Positions 8,623 through 20,190 of a stretch of DNA of 64,000 nucleotides are shown here, piece by piece (the stretch's first letter is position 1; each line of letters begins with the position of its first letter). The stretch lies in the sequence record OR880646.1, one strand, 5' to 3'. A model generated the notes under the pieces. The model saw only the letters and a program-made list of their open reading frames with translations. It made no database searches and had not been told where the DNA came from. The DNA is from Escherichia phage ECP2301. The position numbers and the translations under genes were made by a program.

Positions 8623-8728
8623 ATATTCCTCATAATGCTTCATAAATGTTGGTGGTATAATGGGTCTAAGTCCCTTCCATTCAATTCCAATTAGAACAAA
8701 CAATAGAAAAGAATGGAAGATAATAGAA

Positions 8729-9553
8729 TTAGATATTTGACCAGACTTTGTTTGCAGAGAAACGTTTTCCTTTTGAAACGAACTGCTGAAGTGGCATTAA
8801 CACAACGTTCGCCCAGTCTTTCGGGGCGATTTCAACAAGGCTACCCATGATATTACCGGGTATATATGCCTTAATCATTTGATCTGCACCCCTAAATCCT
8901 TTCACTTGACTCCAATCAATTTTTAATTTCGTTTTATTAGTAATAGTAGGTGTATTTGAATATTGCTTTAAAAGCTCTTCTAGAAATTGCTGACGAGCTT
9001 TAGGTGGAATATAGTGCAAGTTCAATCCGTACATTAAATTATGTTTACCTAAACCAAGATAAATTATCAAAGGAAATTTATCCCAGTAAGGAAGAGTTTC
9101 CTTGTGTTTAGCATCATAAGCAAAAGCATATATTCGTCCCGGCTGCGGGCGAACAACTTTATGTCCTTTTACTTGTTTAATAGTTTCAGCAAACCACTTT
9201 TTGGTTTTATTATTAATTGCTGCACCTTCATTACGAATTTTATCACGCAATGTTTGCCTGAATGAATTTATCATAAGCAGTTGTCTTTCTTGCTTATTGA
9301 GTTTATTCATTGGTTTTGATTCAAGCTTTTGAATCTTTTCAGCTGTTTTAATTCCTGAAGCATATTTTGACATTGCTGAAGTAAACGTAGAGTATTTGAT
9401 TCCTCTTTCTTCGGCAAATTGCTTTCCTGTCATTCCTTTTGCTTTGGCCTTTTTGTATTCAAGACCTATCTGAATCCATTTCTTTTCGTTTAATGATTGC
9501 TTAACCTTTGGAACTTGGGGAGTGCTTTCATTAATTATTTGAAAAATAGCCAT
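8729..9553 (-). CDS. 2: gp2, DNA end-protector protein
   Basis: 274 aa, basic; position between genes 3 and 4 as in T4. Confidence 0.8.
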   Translation of the reverse strand: MAIFQIINESTPQVPKVKQSLNEKKWIQIGLEYKKAKAKGMTGKQFAEERGIKYSTFTSAMSKYASGIKTAEKIQKLESKPMNKLNKQERQLLMINSFRQTLRDKIRNEGAAINNKTKKWFAETIKQVKGHKVVRPQPGRIYAFAYDAKHKETLPYWDKFPLIIYLGLGKHNLMYGLNLHYIPPKARQQFLEELLKQYSNTPTITNKTKLKIDWSQVKGFRGADQMIKAYIPGNIMGSLVEIAPKDWANVVLMPLQQFVSKGKRFSANKVWSNI

Positions 9554-10005
9554 TATGCCCCCTTAAAGCCAAGAGCTCGTAATCCATCTTCTGTTAGAAT
9601 TCTAAATTTTATTCCACGCTTTTCAGCTAAAGCTTGCGCTGCTTTCCATTTGTCAGTATTAACGGAATATGTATAAATTTCATTCATAAATCTTTTCTTC
9701 GCTGCAGTTGTTAGATGTGCTGGTTTAACTGGTGGTTGTGTTTCTTTTTTAGGTTTTATTTCAATAAAAAATTCTTGTCCAGAAGAATCTTTCATCCAAA
9801 TATCCATGAAGTATCTACGTTTTTTCCCTTCTGCATTACAAAAATAAGGAATTACTGCTGTTTCACTACCCCATGCAATAATTTCTGGATTTTTATCTAA
9901 CCATTCAAAAAAGAATTTTTCCCAATTTGATCTATACGTAATTTTTTTAGGGTCACCTCTATATTTTGATATATTTTTAGGAACCCATTTTCCAGAATAT
10001 GCCAT
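9553..10005 (-). CDS. 4: gp4, head completion protein
   Basis: 150 aa; divergent from gene 53 across a bidirectional late-promoter region, as in T4. Confidence 0.8.
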   Translation of the reverse strand: MAYSGKWVPKNISKYRGDPKKITYRSNWEKFFFEWLDKNPEIIAWGSETAVIPYFCNAEGKKRRYFMDIWMKDSSGQEFFIEIKPKKETQPPVKPAHLTTAAKKRFMNEIYTYSVNTDKWKAAQALAEKRGIKFRILTEDGLRALGFKGA

Positions 10006-10016
10006 TGGATTCTCCT

Positions 10017-10024
10017 TATAAATA
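10017..10024 (+). promoter_or_regulatory. T4 late promoter TATAAATA (gene 53)
   Basis: Exact TATAAATA 29 nt upstream of gene 53 ATG. Confidence 0.7.
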
Positions 10025-10031
10025 GATAATA

Positions 10032-10039
10032 TATTTATA
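10032..10039 (-). promoter_or_regulatory. T4 late promoter TATAAATA (gene 4)
   Basis: Revcomp of 10032-10039 is TATAAATA; 27 nt upstream of gene 4 start. Confidence 0.65.
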
Positions 10040-10052
10040 AACAGGAGGGCCC

Positions 10053-10643
10053 ATGCTCTTTACATTTTTTGATCCGATTGAATATGCGGCCAAAACGGTG
10101 AATAAAAACGCGCCGACTATTCCTATGACAGATATTTTTAGAAACTATAAAGACTATTTCAAACGTGCTCTTGCGGGATACCGCTTACGTACTTATTATA
10201 TTAAAGGTTCACCACGCCCGGAAGAATTAGCAAATGCTATATATGGAAATCCGCAGTTGTATTGGGTTTTATTGATGTGTAATGATAATTATGATCCGTA
10301 TTATGGATGGATTACTTCGCAAGAAGCTGCTTATCAAGCATCTATACAAAAATACAAAAACGTAGGTGGAGACCAAATAGTATATCATGTGAATGAAAAT
10401 GGTGAAAAATTTTATAATTTAGTATCATATGATGATAATCCATATGTTTGGTATGACAAAGGCGATAAAGCTAGAAAATATCCTCAATATGAAGGAGCAC
10501 TTGCTGCGGTCGATACGTATGAAGCTGCTGTTCTTGAAAATGAAAAACTTCGTCAAATAAAAATAATAGCAAAATCAGACATCAATTCATTTATGAACGA
10601 CCTTATACGTATAATGGAGAAATCTTATGGAAATGATAAGTAA
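10053..10643 (+). CDS. 53: gp53, baseplate wedge protein
   Basis: 196 aa; immediately upstream of gene 5; TATAAATA late promoter at 10017-10024. Confidence 0.85.
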   Translation: MLFTFFDPIEYAAKTVNKNAPTIPMTDIFRNYKDYFKRALAGYRLRTYYIKGSPRPEELANAIYGNPQLYWVLLMCNDNYDPYYGWITSQEAAYQASIQKYKNVGGDQIVYHVNENGEKFYNLVSYDDNPYVWYDKGDKARKYPQYEGALAAVDTYEAAVLENEKLRQIKIIAKSDINSFMNDLIRIMEKSYGNDK

Positions 10644-12354
10644 TAACCTTAATTGGTTTGTTGGTGTTGTTGAAGATAGAATGGACCCATTAAAATTAGG
10701 TCGTGTTCGTGTTCGTGTAGTTGGTCTGCATCCACCTCAAAGAGCACAAGGCGACGTAATGGGTATTCCAACTGATAAATTACCATGGATGTCAGTTATT
10801 CAACCTATAACTTCTGCAGCAATGTCTGGAATTGGAGGCTCCGTTACTGGTCCGGTAGAAGGAACTAGAGTTTATGGTCATTTTTTAGACAAATGGAAAA
10901 CTAACGGAATTGTCCTTGGCACGTATGGTGGAATAGTTCGCGAAAAGCCTAATAGACTTGAAGGATTTTCTGACCCGACTGGACAGTATCCTAGACGTCT
11001 AGGAAATGATACTAACGTATTAAACCAAGGCGGAGAAGTAGGATATGATTCGTCTTCTAATATTATCCAAGACAGTAATCTAGACACTGCGATAAATCCT
11101 GATGATAGACCGCTGTCAGAAATTCCAACTGATGATAATCCAAATATGTCAATGGCTGAAATGCTTCGCCGTGATGAAGGATTAAGACTAAAAGTTTATT
11201 GGGATACTGAAGGATATCCGACAATTGGTATTGGTCATCTTATCATGAAGCAGCCAGTTCGTGATATGACTCAAATTAATAAAGTTTTATCAAAACAAGT
11301 TGGTCGTGAAATTACCGGAAATCCAGGTTCTATTACAATGGAAGAAGCGGTAACTTTATTTGAACGTGATTTGGCTGATATGCAACGTGACATTAAATCA
11401 CATTCTAAAGTTGGCCCAGTTTGGCAGGCAGTTAATCGTTCTCGTCAAATGGCATTAGAAAATATGGCATTTCAGATGGGTGTTGGCGGTGTAGCTAAAT
11501 TTAACACAATGTTAACTGCTATGTTAGCCGGAGATTGGGAAAAGGCATATAAAGCTGGTCGTGATTCATTGTGGTATCAACAAACAAAAGGCCGTGCATC
11601 CCGTGTTACCATGATTATTCTTACGGGTAATTTGGAATCATACGGTATTGAAGTGAAAACATCGGCTAGGTCTTTGTCAGCAATGGCTGCTACTGTAGCA
11701 AAGTCTTCTGATCCAGCTGACCCTCCTATTCCGAATGATTCGAGAATTTTATTTAAAGAACCTGTTTCTTCATATAAAGGTGAATATCCGTATGTTCACA
11801 CAATGGAAACTGAAAGCGGTCATATTCAGGAATTTGATGATACCCCTGGGCAAGAACGATACAGATTAGTTCATCCGACTGGAACATATGAGGAAGTATC
11901 ACCGTCAGGAAGAAGAACAAGAAAAACTGTTGATAATTTGTATGATATAACAAATGCTGATGGTAATTTTTTGGTAGCTGGCGATAAAAAGACTAACGTC
12001 GGTGGGTCAGAAATTTATTACAACATGGATAATCGTCTCCACCAAATAGATGGAAGCAATACAATATTTGTGCGTGGCGATGAAACTAAGACGGTTGAAG
12101 GTAATGGAACTATCCTAGTAAAAGGTAATGTTACTATTGTAGTTGAAGGTAATGCTGACATTACAGTTAAAGGAGATGCTACCACTTTAGTTGAAGGAAA
12201 TCAGACTAATACAGTAAATGGAAATCTTTCTTGGAAAGTTGCTGGGACAGTTGATTGGGACGTTGGTGGTGATTGGACAGAAAAAATGGCATCTATGAGT
12301 TCTATTTCATCTGGTCAATACACAATTGATGGATCGAGGATTGACATTGGCTAA
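10627..12354 (+). CDS. 5: gp5, baseplate hub and tail lysozyme (cell-puncturing device)
   Basis: 575 aa; N-terminal MEMISNNLNWFVGVVEDRMDP; central T4-lysozyme-like domain (GYPTIGIGHL); C-terminal VEGN/VKG beta-helix repeats. Confidence 0.95.
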   Translation: MEMISNNLNWFVGVVEDRMDPLKLGRVRVRVVGLHPPQRAQGDVMGIPTDKLPWMSVIQPITSAAMSGIGGSVTGPVEGTRVYGHFLDKWKTNGIVLGTYGGIVREKPNRLEGFSDPTGQYPRRLGNDTNVLNQGGEVGYDSSSNIIQDSNLDTAINPDDRPLSEIPTDDNPNMSMAEMLRRDEGLRLKVYWDTEGYPTIGIGHLIMKQPVRDMTQINKVLSKQVGREITGNPGSITMEEAVTLFERDLADMQRDIKSHSKVGPVWQAVNRSRQMALENMAFQMGVGGVAKFNTMLTAMLAGDWEKAYKAGRDSLWYQQTKGRASRVTMIILTGNLESYGIEVKTSARSLSAMAATVAKSSDPADPPIPNDSRILFKEPVSSYKGEYPYVHTMETESGHIQEFDDTPGQERYRLVHPTGTYEEVSPSGRRTRKTVDNLYDITNADGNFLVAGDKKTNVGGSEIYYNMDNRLHQIDGSNTIFVRGDETKTVEGNGTILVKGNVTIVVEGNADITVKGDATTLVEGNQTNTVNGNLSWKVAGTVDWDVGGDWTEKMASMSSISSGQYTIDGSRIDIG

Positions 12355-12883
12355 TATACTTCCAATGAGCGCTGATTTAGGAGAATCCATGGAAGGTTCT
12401 TCTATCGACGTCACCTTTACCGCTCAATTAGAAACAGGTGAAACGTTAGTATCTATAAATATAACTAGTTACGAAGAAACTCCTGGGGTTTTAGTAGAAG
12501 AAAATCGTTTATATGGAACGTATGAATCTGTATTTGGATTTGGAAATGATGCATTGAAATATCGTTTAGATAATGAATTTAAAACTGCTGCTTCATGGGA
12601 AGACCTTCCAACTGATTCTAATACTCAGTTATATTTATGGAAAGCTCCTCAAAACCTCCAGAAGACATTCACTTACGAAGTAACATTAATATATGACTAC
12701 CAAGAACAAGGTGAATCTGGAGGTTCTGGCAGTAATTCTAGGTCATCTTCTGATACTACTGAACCGACGAATCCTCCAGCTCCAATAAGAAAAACTCTTG
12801 TTAAAAATTATACAAAAACTATAGTTGGAAATTGGAGTCGTTGGGCTAATAAATTGAGAAGCTACGTGTATGAGAGGCCATAA
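12326..12883 (+). CDS. gp5.1-like hypothetical protein
   Basis: ORF between gene 5 and the PAAR gene; start uncertain (alternative ATG at 12365). Confidence 0.5.
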
Positions 12884-13177
12884 ATGTCAGGATTAAGTTA
12901 TGATAAGTGTGTTACTGCCGGCCATGAAGCATGGCCTCCAACAGTTGTGAATGCTACGCAAAGTAAAGTATTCACTGGAGGAATTGCTGTTCTCGTAGCA
13001 GGCGATCCAATTACAGAACATACAGAAATTAAAAAGCCATATGAAACACATGGCGGAGTGACACAACCTAGAACTTCTAAGGTATATGTCACTGGAAAGA
13101 AAGCTGTTCAAATGGCTGATCCAATATCATGCGGTGATACAGTGGCTCAGGCATCATCTAAAGTATTCATTAAATAG
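12884..13177 (+). CDS. 5.4: gp5.4, PAAR-repeat spike-tip protein
   Basis: 97 aa; Cys/His-containing PAAR-like sequence; position after gene 5 as in T4. Confidence 0.8.
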
Positions 13178-13185
13178 GATTTAAA

Positions 13186-15168
13186 ATGGCAAATACCCCT
13201 GTAAATTATCAATTAACAAGAACAGCAAATGCTATTCCCGAGATATTCGTCGGGGGTACATTTGCTGAAATAAAACAAAACCTCATTGAATGGCTTAATG
13301 GTCAAAATGAATTTTTGGATTATGATTTTGAAGGCTCAAGATTAAACGTTCTGTGCGACCTTTTGGCTTATAATACATTATACATTCAGCAGTTTGGTAA
13401 TGCTGCCTTGTATGAAAGCTTTATGCGTACTGCTAATTTGCGTAGTTCAGTAGTTCAAGCTGCACAAGATAATGGATATTTACCTACTTCAAAATCAGCT
13501 GCTCAAACTGAAATTATGCTAACTTGCACAGACGCATTGAATAGAAATTACATTACTATTCCTCGTGGTACTCGCTTTTTAGCATATGCAAAAGATACTT
13601 CAGTTAATCCTTACAACTTTGTATCTACCGAAGATGTTATTGCTATTCGCGATAAAAATAACCAATATTTTCCACGTTTAAAATTAGCCCAGGGGCGTAT
13701 AGTAAGAACTGAAATCATTTATGATAAATTAACACCTATTATCATTTATGACAAAAATATAGATAGAAACCAAGTTAAACTATACGTTGATGGAGCAGAA
13801 TGGATTAACTGGACAAGAAAGTCAATGGTTCATGCTGGTTCTACATCGACAATTTACTACATGCGTGAAACTATTGATGGAAATACTGAGTTTTATTTTG
13901 GTGAAGGTGAGATTTCTGTTAATGCGGCAGAAGGAGCATTGACTGCTAATTATATTGGAGGTCTTAAACCTACCCAGAACTCTACGATTGTTATTGAGTA
14001 CATCAGTACTAACGGTGCAGATGCGAATGGTGCAGTCGGATTTTCATACGCAGATACATTGACAAATATAACTGTCATTAACATTAATGAAAATCCAAAC
14101 GATGACCCAGATTTTGTTGGGGCAGATGGCGGCGGTGATCCAGAAGATATTGAACGTATTCGCGAATTGGGTACTATTAAACGCGAAACCCAGCAACGCT
14201 GCGTAACTGCGACTGACTATGATACATTCGTTTCAGAGAGATTTGGTTCTATTATTCAAGCAGTTCAGACGTTCACTGATTCTACTAAACCTGGTTATGC
14301 ATTTATTGCTGCTAAACCTAAATCAGGTCTGTATTTAACTACCGTACAGCGCGAAGATATTAAAAATTATCTCAAAGACTATAATTTAGCTCCTATTACA
14401 CCGTCAATTATTTCTCCTAATTATCTTTTTATTAAGACTAATTTAAAAGTCACATATGCTTTAAATAAGCTGCAAGAATCCGAACAGTGGCTCGAAGGTC
14501 AAATAATTGATAAAATTGATCGTTATTATACCGAAGATGTAGAAATTTTTAACTCGTCTTTCGCTAAATCTAAGATGTTGACATATGTAGATGATGCAGA
14601 TCATTCTATCATTGGCTCATCAGCGACAATTCAAATTGTTCGTGAAGTACAAAACTTCTATAAAACGCCTGAAGCAGGTATTAAATACAATAATCAAATA
14701 AAAGATCGTTCTATGGAATCTAATACGTTTTCATTTAATTCTGGACGAAAGGTTGTAAATCCTGATACTGGTTTAGAAGAAGATGTATTATATGACGTTC
14801 GCATAGTATCAACAGACCGAGATTCTAAAGGAATTGGTAAAGTTATTATTGGTCCATTTGCTTCTGGCGATGTTACAGAAAATGAAAACATTCAACCATA
14901 TACAGGCAACGATTTTAACAAATTAGCAAATTCTGATGGACGCGACAAATACTATGTTATCGGTGAAATAAATTATCCAGCTGATGTGATTTATTGGAAT
15001 ATCGCTAAAATTAATTTAACATCTGAAAAATTTGAAGTTCAGACTATCGAATTATATTCTGACCCAACCGATGATGTTATTTTTACTCGCGACGGTTCAC
15101 TGATTGTATTTGAAAATGACTTACGTCCACAATACTTAACTATCGATTTGGAGCCTATATCACAATGA
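13186..15168 (+). CDS. 6: gp6, baseplate wedge protein
   Basis: 660 aa; synteny 5-6-7-8. Confidence 0.9.
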   Translation: MANTPVNYQLTRTANAIPEIFVGGTFAEIKQNLIEWLNGQNEFLDYDFEGSRLNVLCDLLAYNTLYIQQFGNAALYESFMRTANLRSSVVQAAQDNGYLPTSKSAAQTEIMLTCTDALNRNYITIPRGTRFLAYAKDTSVNPYNFVSTEDVIAIRDKNNQYFPRLKLAQGRIVRTEIIYDKLTPIIIYDKNIDRNQVKLYVDGAEWINWTRKSMVHAGSTSTIYYMRETIDGNTEFYFGEGEISVNAAEGALTANYIGGLKPTQNSTIVIEYISTNGADANGAVGFSYADTLTNITVININENPNDDPDFVGADGGGDPEDIERIRELGTIKRETQQRCVTATDYDTFVSERFGSIIQAVQTFTDSTKPGYAFIAAKPKSGLYLTTVQREDIKNYLKDYNLAPITPSIISPNYLFIKTNLKVTYALNKLQESEQWLEGQIIDKIDRYYTEDVEIFNSSFAKSKMLTYVDDADHSIIGSSATIQIVREVQNFYKTPEAGIKYNNQIKDRSMESNTFSFNSGRKVVNPDTGLEEDVLYDVRIVSTDRDSKGIGKVIIGPFASGDVTENENIQPYTGNDFNKLANSDGRDKYYVIGEINYPADVIYWNIAKINLTSEKFEVQTIELYSDPTDDVIFTRDGSLIVFENDLRPQYLTIDLEPISQ

Positions 15169-18100
15169 CAGTAAAAGCACCTTCAGTCACTAGTCTCAGA
15201 ATTTCCAAGTTATCCGCAAATCAGGTGCAAGTACGCTGGGATGACGTTGGTGCTAATTTCTACTATTTTGTAGAAATCGCTGAGACAAAAACAAACTCGG
15301 GGGAAAATCTCCCGAGTAATCAATACAGATGGATTAACTTAGGATATACTGCAAATAACAGCTTCTTTTTTGATGATGCTGACCCATTGACATCATACGT
15401 TATTAGAGTAGCTACAGCTGCACAAGATTTTGAGCAGTCTGATTGGATTTATACCGAAGAGTTTGAAACTTTTGCTACAAATGCTTATACATTTCAAAAC
15501 ATGATTGAAATGCAATTAGCCAATAAATTCATTCAGGAAAAATTTACTCTTAATAATTCTGATTATGTTAATTTTAATAATGACACTATAATGGCTGCAT
15601 TGATGAATGAATCATTTCAGTTCAGCCCATCATATGTTGATGTTTCATCAATAAGCAATTTTATTATTGGTGAAAATGAGTATCATGAAATACAAGGTTC
15701 TATTCAGCAAGTATGTAAGGATATTAACCGAGTTTATTTGATGGAATCAGAAGGGATTCTATACCTTTTTGAGCGCTATCAACCTGTAGTTAAAGTATCC
15801 AATGATAAAGGACAAACTTGGAAAGCTGTAAAGCTCTTCAATGACCGTGTAGGATATCCTTTATCTAAGACAGTATATTACCAATCTGCGAACACAACAT
15901 ACGTTCTAGGATACGACAAGATTTTCTATGGCCGCAAATCGACTGATGTTAGATGGTCAGCTGATGATGTCAGATTTAGTTCTCAGGATATAACATTTGC
16001 TAAACTTGGCGACCAATTACATTTAGGATTTGATGTAGAAATTTTTGCCACTTACGCGACTTTACCAGCGAATGTATATCGCATTGCAGAAGCTATTACT
16101 TGTACCGATGATTACATTTACGTTGTCGCCAGAGACAAAGTTAGATACATAAAAACGAGCAATGCACCTATAGATTCTGATCCATTATCTCCAACATATT
16201 CGGAAAGGCTTTTTGAACCTGATACAATGACTATAACTGGAAATCCTAAAGCAGTATGCTATAAAATGGATTCTATCGGTGATAAAGTTTTTGCTCTTAT
16301 TATTGGTGAAGTTGAAACATTAAATGCTAATCCCAGAACATCAAAAATAATTGATTCTGCTGATAAAGGAATATATGTTTTAAATCATGACACAAAAACA
16401 TGGAAAAGAGTTTTTGGCAACACTGAAGAAGAAAGAAGACGTATTCAACCAGGGTACGCGAATATGTCAACTGATGGTAAATTAGTTTCTCTATCATCGA
16501 GTAATTTTAAATTTTTAAGTGATAATGTTGTTAATGACCCTGAAACTGCAGCAAAATATCAGTTAATCGGTGCTGTTAAATATGAATTTCCTCGTGAATG
16601 GTTAGCTGATAAGCATTATCATATGATGGCATTTATAGCAGATGAAAAGTCTGATTGGGAAACTTTTACTCCTCAGCCGATGAAATACTACGCAGAACCG
16701 TTCTTTAACTGGTCTAAAAAATCTAACACACGTTGTTGGATAAACAACTCTGATAGGGTTGTAGTAGTTTATGCTGATTTAAAATACACTAAAGTTATAG
16801 AAAATATTCCTGAAACATCACCAGATAGATTAGTTCATGAATACTGGGATGATGGCGATTGTACTATAGTAATGCCAAATGTTAAATTCACTGGATTTAA
16901 AAAATATGCATCTGGGATGCTTTTCTATAAAGCCTCTGGTGAAATAATTTCTTACTATGATTTTAACTATCGTGTTAGAGACACCGTCGAAATTATTTGG
17001 AAGCCAACTGAAGTATTTTTAAAAGCATTTTTACAAAACCAAGAGCATGAAACTCCTTGGTCGCCCGAAGAAGAGCGTGGATTAGCTGACCCTGATTTAA
17101 GACCATTGATTGGCACAATGATGCCTGATTCTTATTTGTTGCAGGATTCGAATTTTGAGGCATTTTGCGAAGCATATATTCAGTATCTTTCTGATGGATA
17201 TGGAACTCAGTATAACAATTTACGAAATTTAATTCGTAACAAATATCCACGAGAAGAGCATGCATGGGAATATTTGTGGTCAGAGATATATAAAAGAAAC
17301 ATTTATTTAAATGCTGACAAACGTGATGCTGTTGCAAGATTTTTCGAATCACGTAGCTATGATTTTTATTCTACTAAAGGAATTGAAGCATCATACAAAT
17401 TTCTTTTTAAAGTTCTTTATAATGAAGAAGTTGAAATTGAAATTGAATCTGGGGCTGGTACTGAATATGATATAATCGTCCAATCTGATTCTTTGACTGA
17501 AGACTTAGTAGGACAAACGATTTATACAGCTACAGGAAGATGTAATGTTACTTATATAGAAAGAAGCTATTCTAATGGTAAATTGCAATGGACCGTAACT
17601 ATTCATAATCTTTTGGGAAGATTGATTGCCGGTCAAGAAGTTAAAGCAGAAAGACTTCCTAGTTTTGAAGGCGAAATTATTCGTGGGGTCAAAGGAAAGG
17701 ATTTGCTTCAAAATAATATAGACTATATTAATAGAAGTCGATCATATTATGTAATGAAAATTAAATCCAATTTACCTTCTTCCCGCTGGAAATCTGACGT
17801 TATTCGTTTTGTTCATCCAGTAGGATTTGGATTTATAGCAATTACCCTTTTAACTATGTTTATTAATGTTGGTTTAACTCTTAAACATACAGAGACCATA
17901 ATTAATAAATACAAAAACTATAAATGGGATTCTGGATTGCCTACTGAATATGCTGATAGAGTAGCTAAATTAACTCCGACTGGTGAAATTGAGCATGATT
18001 CGGTAACAGGCGAAGCAATTTATGAGCCTGGCCCAATGGCTGGTGTAGAATATCCTCTTCCTGATGACTATAATGCTGAAAATAACAATTCAATATTTCA

Positions 18101-18263
18101 AGGTCAATTGCCGTCTGAACGACGTAAATTAATGAGTCCTCTATTTGACGCATCTGGAACAACATTTGCACAATTTAGGGATTTAGTTAATAAACGTCTA
18201 AAAGATAATATAGGAAATCCAAGAGACCCTGAAAATCCAACACAGGTTAAAATAGATGAATGA
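15165..18263 (+). CDS. 7: gp7, baseplate wedge initiator
   Basis: 1032 aa, the T4 gp7 length; synteny. Confidence 0.9.
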   Translation: MTVKAPSVTSLRISKLSANQVQVRWDDVGANFYYFVEIAETKTNSGENLPSNQYRWINLGYTANNSFFFDDADPLTSYVIRVATAAQDFEQSDWIYTEEFETFATNAYTFQNMIEMQLANKFIQEKFTLNNSDYVNFNNDTIMAALMNESFQFSPSYVDVSSISNFIIGENEYHEIQGSIQQVCKDINRVYLMESEGILYLFERYQPVVKVSNDKGQTWKAVKLFNDRVGYPLSKTVYYQSANTTYVLGYDKIFYGRKSTDVRWSADDVRFSSQDITFAKLGDQLHLGFDVEIFATYATLPANVYRIAEAITCTDDYIYVVARDKVRYIKTSNAPIDSDPLSPTYSERLFEPDTMTITGNPKAVCYKMDSIGDKVFALIIGEVETLNANPRTSKIIDSADKGIYVLNHDTKTWKRVFGNTEEERRRIQPGYANMSTDGKLVSLSSSNFKFLSDNVVNDPETAAKYQLIGAVKYEFPREWLADKHYHMMAFIADEKSDWETFTPQPMKYYAEPFFNWSKKSNTRCWINNSDRVVVVYADLKYTKVIENIPETSPDRLVHEYWDDGDCTIVMPNVKFTGFKKYASGMLFYKASGEIISYYDFNYRVRDTVEIIWKPTEVFLKAFLQNQEHETPWSPEEERGLADPDLRPLIGTMMPDSYLLQDSNFEAFCEAYIQYLSDGYGTQYNNLRNLIRNKYPREEHAWEYLWSEIYKRNIYLNADKRDAVARFFESRSYDFYSTKGIEASYKFLFKVLYNEEVEIEIESGAGTEYDIIVQSDSLTEDLVGQTIYTATGRCNVTYIERSYSNGKLQWTVTIHNLLGRLIAGQEVKAERLPSFEGEIIRGVKGKDLLQNNIDYINRSRSYYVMKIKSNLPSSRWKSDVIRFVHPVGFGFIAITLLTMFINVGLTLKHTETIINKYKNYKWDSGLPTEYADRVAKLTPTGEIEHDSVTGEAIYEPGPMAGVEYPLPDDYNAENNNSIFQGQLPSERRKLMSPLFDASGTTFAQFRDLVNKRLKDNIGNPRDPENPTQVKIDE

Positions 18264-19260
18264 TTCAAGTGTTATCTATCGTGCGATAGTTACTTCAAAA
18301 TTTAGAACAGAAAAAATGTTGAATTTTTATAATTCAATTGGAAGTGGTCCGGATAAAAACACTATCTTTATCACATTTGGAAGATCAGAACCGTGGTCAT
18401 CAAATGAAAATGAGGTGGGCTTTGCTCCACCTTATCCTACCGATTCCGTATTAGGTGTAACTGACATGTGGACTCATATGATGGGAACCGTAAAGGTTCT
18501 TCCATCTATGCTTGATGCAGTTATTCCTCGTAGAGATTGGGGAGATACTAGATATCCGGATCCATACACATTTAGAATTAACGATATTGTAGTGTGTAAC
18601 TCAGCTCCTTACAATGCTACTGAATCAGGCGCAGGCTGGTTAGTATATCGTTGTTTAGATGTTCCTGATACCGGAATGTGTTCAATAGCATCTTTAACTG
18701 ATAAAGATGAATGCCTTAAGTTAGGTGGAAAATGGACCCCTTCTGTTAGGTCAATGACTCCTCCTGAAGGTCGAGGAGATGCGGAAGGAACAATTGAGCC
18801 TGGAGACGGATATGTTTGGGAATATCTTTTTGAGATTCCGCCTGATGTATCTATAAATAGATGCACGAATGAATATATCGTGGTTCCTTGGCCTGAGGAA
18901 TTAAAAGAAGACCCGGCTAGATGGGGGTATGAAGATAATCTTACTTGGCAACAAGATGATTTTGGATTAATTTACCGTGTTAAGGCAAATACTATCCGTT
19001 TTAAAGCATATTTAGATTCAGTTTATTTTCCTGAGGCTGCATTGCCGGGAAATAAAGGATTTAGACAAATATCAATAATCACGAATCCTCTTGAAGCTAA
19101 AGCTCATCCAAATGACCCAAACGTTAAAGCTGAAAAGGATTATTATGATCCGGAAGATTTAATGAGGCATTCGGGCGAAATGATTTATATGGAAAATAGG
19201 CCACCTATTATCATGGCAATGGATCAAACAGAAGAAATCAATATTCTGTTTACATTTTAA
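18256..19260 (+). CDS. 8: gp8, baseplate wedge protein
   Basis: 334 aa; synteny; hairpin terminator downstream. Confidence 0.9.
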   Translation: MNDSSVIYRAIVTSKFRTEKMLNFYNSIGSGPDKNTIFITFGRSEPWSSNENEVGFAPPYPTDSVLGVTDMWTHMMGTVKVLPSMLDAVIPRRDWGDTRYPDPYTFRINDIVVCNSAPYNATESGAGWLVYRCLDVPDTGMCSIASLTDKDECLKLGGKWTPSVRSMTPPEGRGDAEGTIEPGDGYVWEYLFEIPPDVSINRCTNEYIVVPWPEELKEDPARWGYEDNLTWQQDDFGLIYRVKANTIRFKAYLDSVYFPEAALPGNKGFRQISIITNPLEAKAHPNDPNVKAEKDYYDPEDLMRHSGEMIYMENRPPIIMAMDQTEEINILFTF

Positions 19261-19265
19261 CTTAA

Positions 19266-19289
19266 GGGAGCCCATGGGCTCCCTTTTTC
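19266..19289 (+). terminator. intrinsic terminator after gene 8
   Basis: GGGAGCCCATGGGCTCCC palindrome followed by TTTTT. Confidence 0.65.
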
Positions 19290-19291
19290 TT

Positions 19292-19299
19292 TATAAATA
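19292..19299 (+). promoter_or_regulatory. T4 late promoter TATAAATA (gene 9)
   Basis: Exact TATAAATA after gene 8 terminator hairpin. Confidence 0.7.
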
Positions 19300-19323
19300 C
19301 TATAAACTCATAAGGAAACCGCT

Positions 19324-20190
19324 ATGTTCATTCAAGAACCAAAGAAATTGATTGATACCGGCGAAATTGGTAACGCTTCTACTGGTGATATCTTATTCGA
19401 CGGTGGTAATAAAATTAATAGTGATTTTAACGCAATTTATAATGCGTTTGGCGATCAACGTAAAATGGCAGTAGCAAATGGAACTGGAGCAGATGGCCAA
19501 ATTATCCATGCTACTGGATATTATCAAAAACACTCTATTGCAGAGTACGCAACTCCAGTAAAAGTTGGCACTAGGCATGATATTGATACCTCTACTGTAG
19601 GTGTTAAAGTTATCATTGAAAGAGGCGAACTTGGCGACTGTGTTGAATTTATTAACTCAAATGGATCTATATCAGTTACTAATCCTTTAACGATTCAAGC
19701 GATTGATTCAATTAAAGGTGTTTCTGGTAATTTAGTAGTGACTAGCCCATACAGTAAAGTAACTTTACGCTGTATTTCATCTGATAATTCTACATCGGTT
19801 TGGAATTATTCTATTGAAAGCATGTTTGGACAAAAGGAATCACCAGCTGAAGGTACATGGAATATTTCTACATCCGGATCAGTTGATATTCCACTATTTC
19901 ATCGCACTGAATACAATATGGCTAAATTGCTAGTTACATGCCAATCAGTAGATGGAAGAAAAATTAAAACAGCAGAAATAAATATTCTTGTGGATACTGT
20001 TAATTCAGAGGTCATTTCTTCTGAATATGCTGTCATGCGAGTTGGGAATGAAACCGAAGAAGACGAAATCGCTAATATTGCATTTAGTATTAAAGAAAAT
20101 TATGTAACGGCGACTATAAGTTCTCCAACTGTCGGTATGAGAGCAGCAGTTAAAGTTATCGCTACGCAGAAAATCGGGGTGGCTCAATAA
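19324..20190 (+). CDS. 9: gp9, baseplate protein (long tail fibre socket)
   Basis: 288 aa; late promoter 19292-19299. Confidence 0.9.
   Translation: MFIQEPKKLIDTGEIGNASTGDILFDGGNKINSDFNAIYNAFGDQRKMAVANGTGADGQIIHATGYYQKHSIAEYATPVKVGTRHDIDTSTVGVKVIIERGELGDCVEFINSNGSISVTNPLTIQAIDSIKGVSGNLVVTSPYSKVTLRCISSDNSTSVWNYSIESMFGQKESPAEGTWNISTSGSVDIPLFHRTEYNMAKLLVTCQSVDGRKIKTAEINILVDTVNSEVISSEYAVMRVGNETEEDEIANIAFSIKENYVTATISSPTVGMRAAVKVIATQKIGVAQ

Noticed and set aside
11100-11700. Lysozyme domain inside gene 5 as a separate endolysin gene
   Set aside because: It is an internal domain of the single 575-aa gp5 ORF, as in T4; the true endolysin gene (e) is not in this window.
16993-17352. 119-aa minus-strand ORF inside gene 7 (and similar antisense ORFs inside genes 5, 12, wac, 18, 23, 29 and alt)
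   Set aside because: Fully nested antisense to well-supported structural genes with no start context; treated as chance ORFs.
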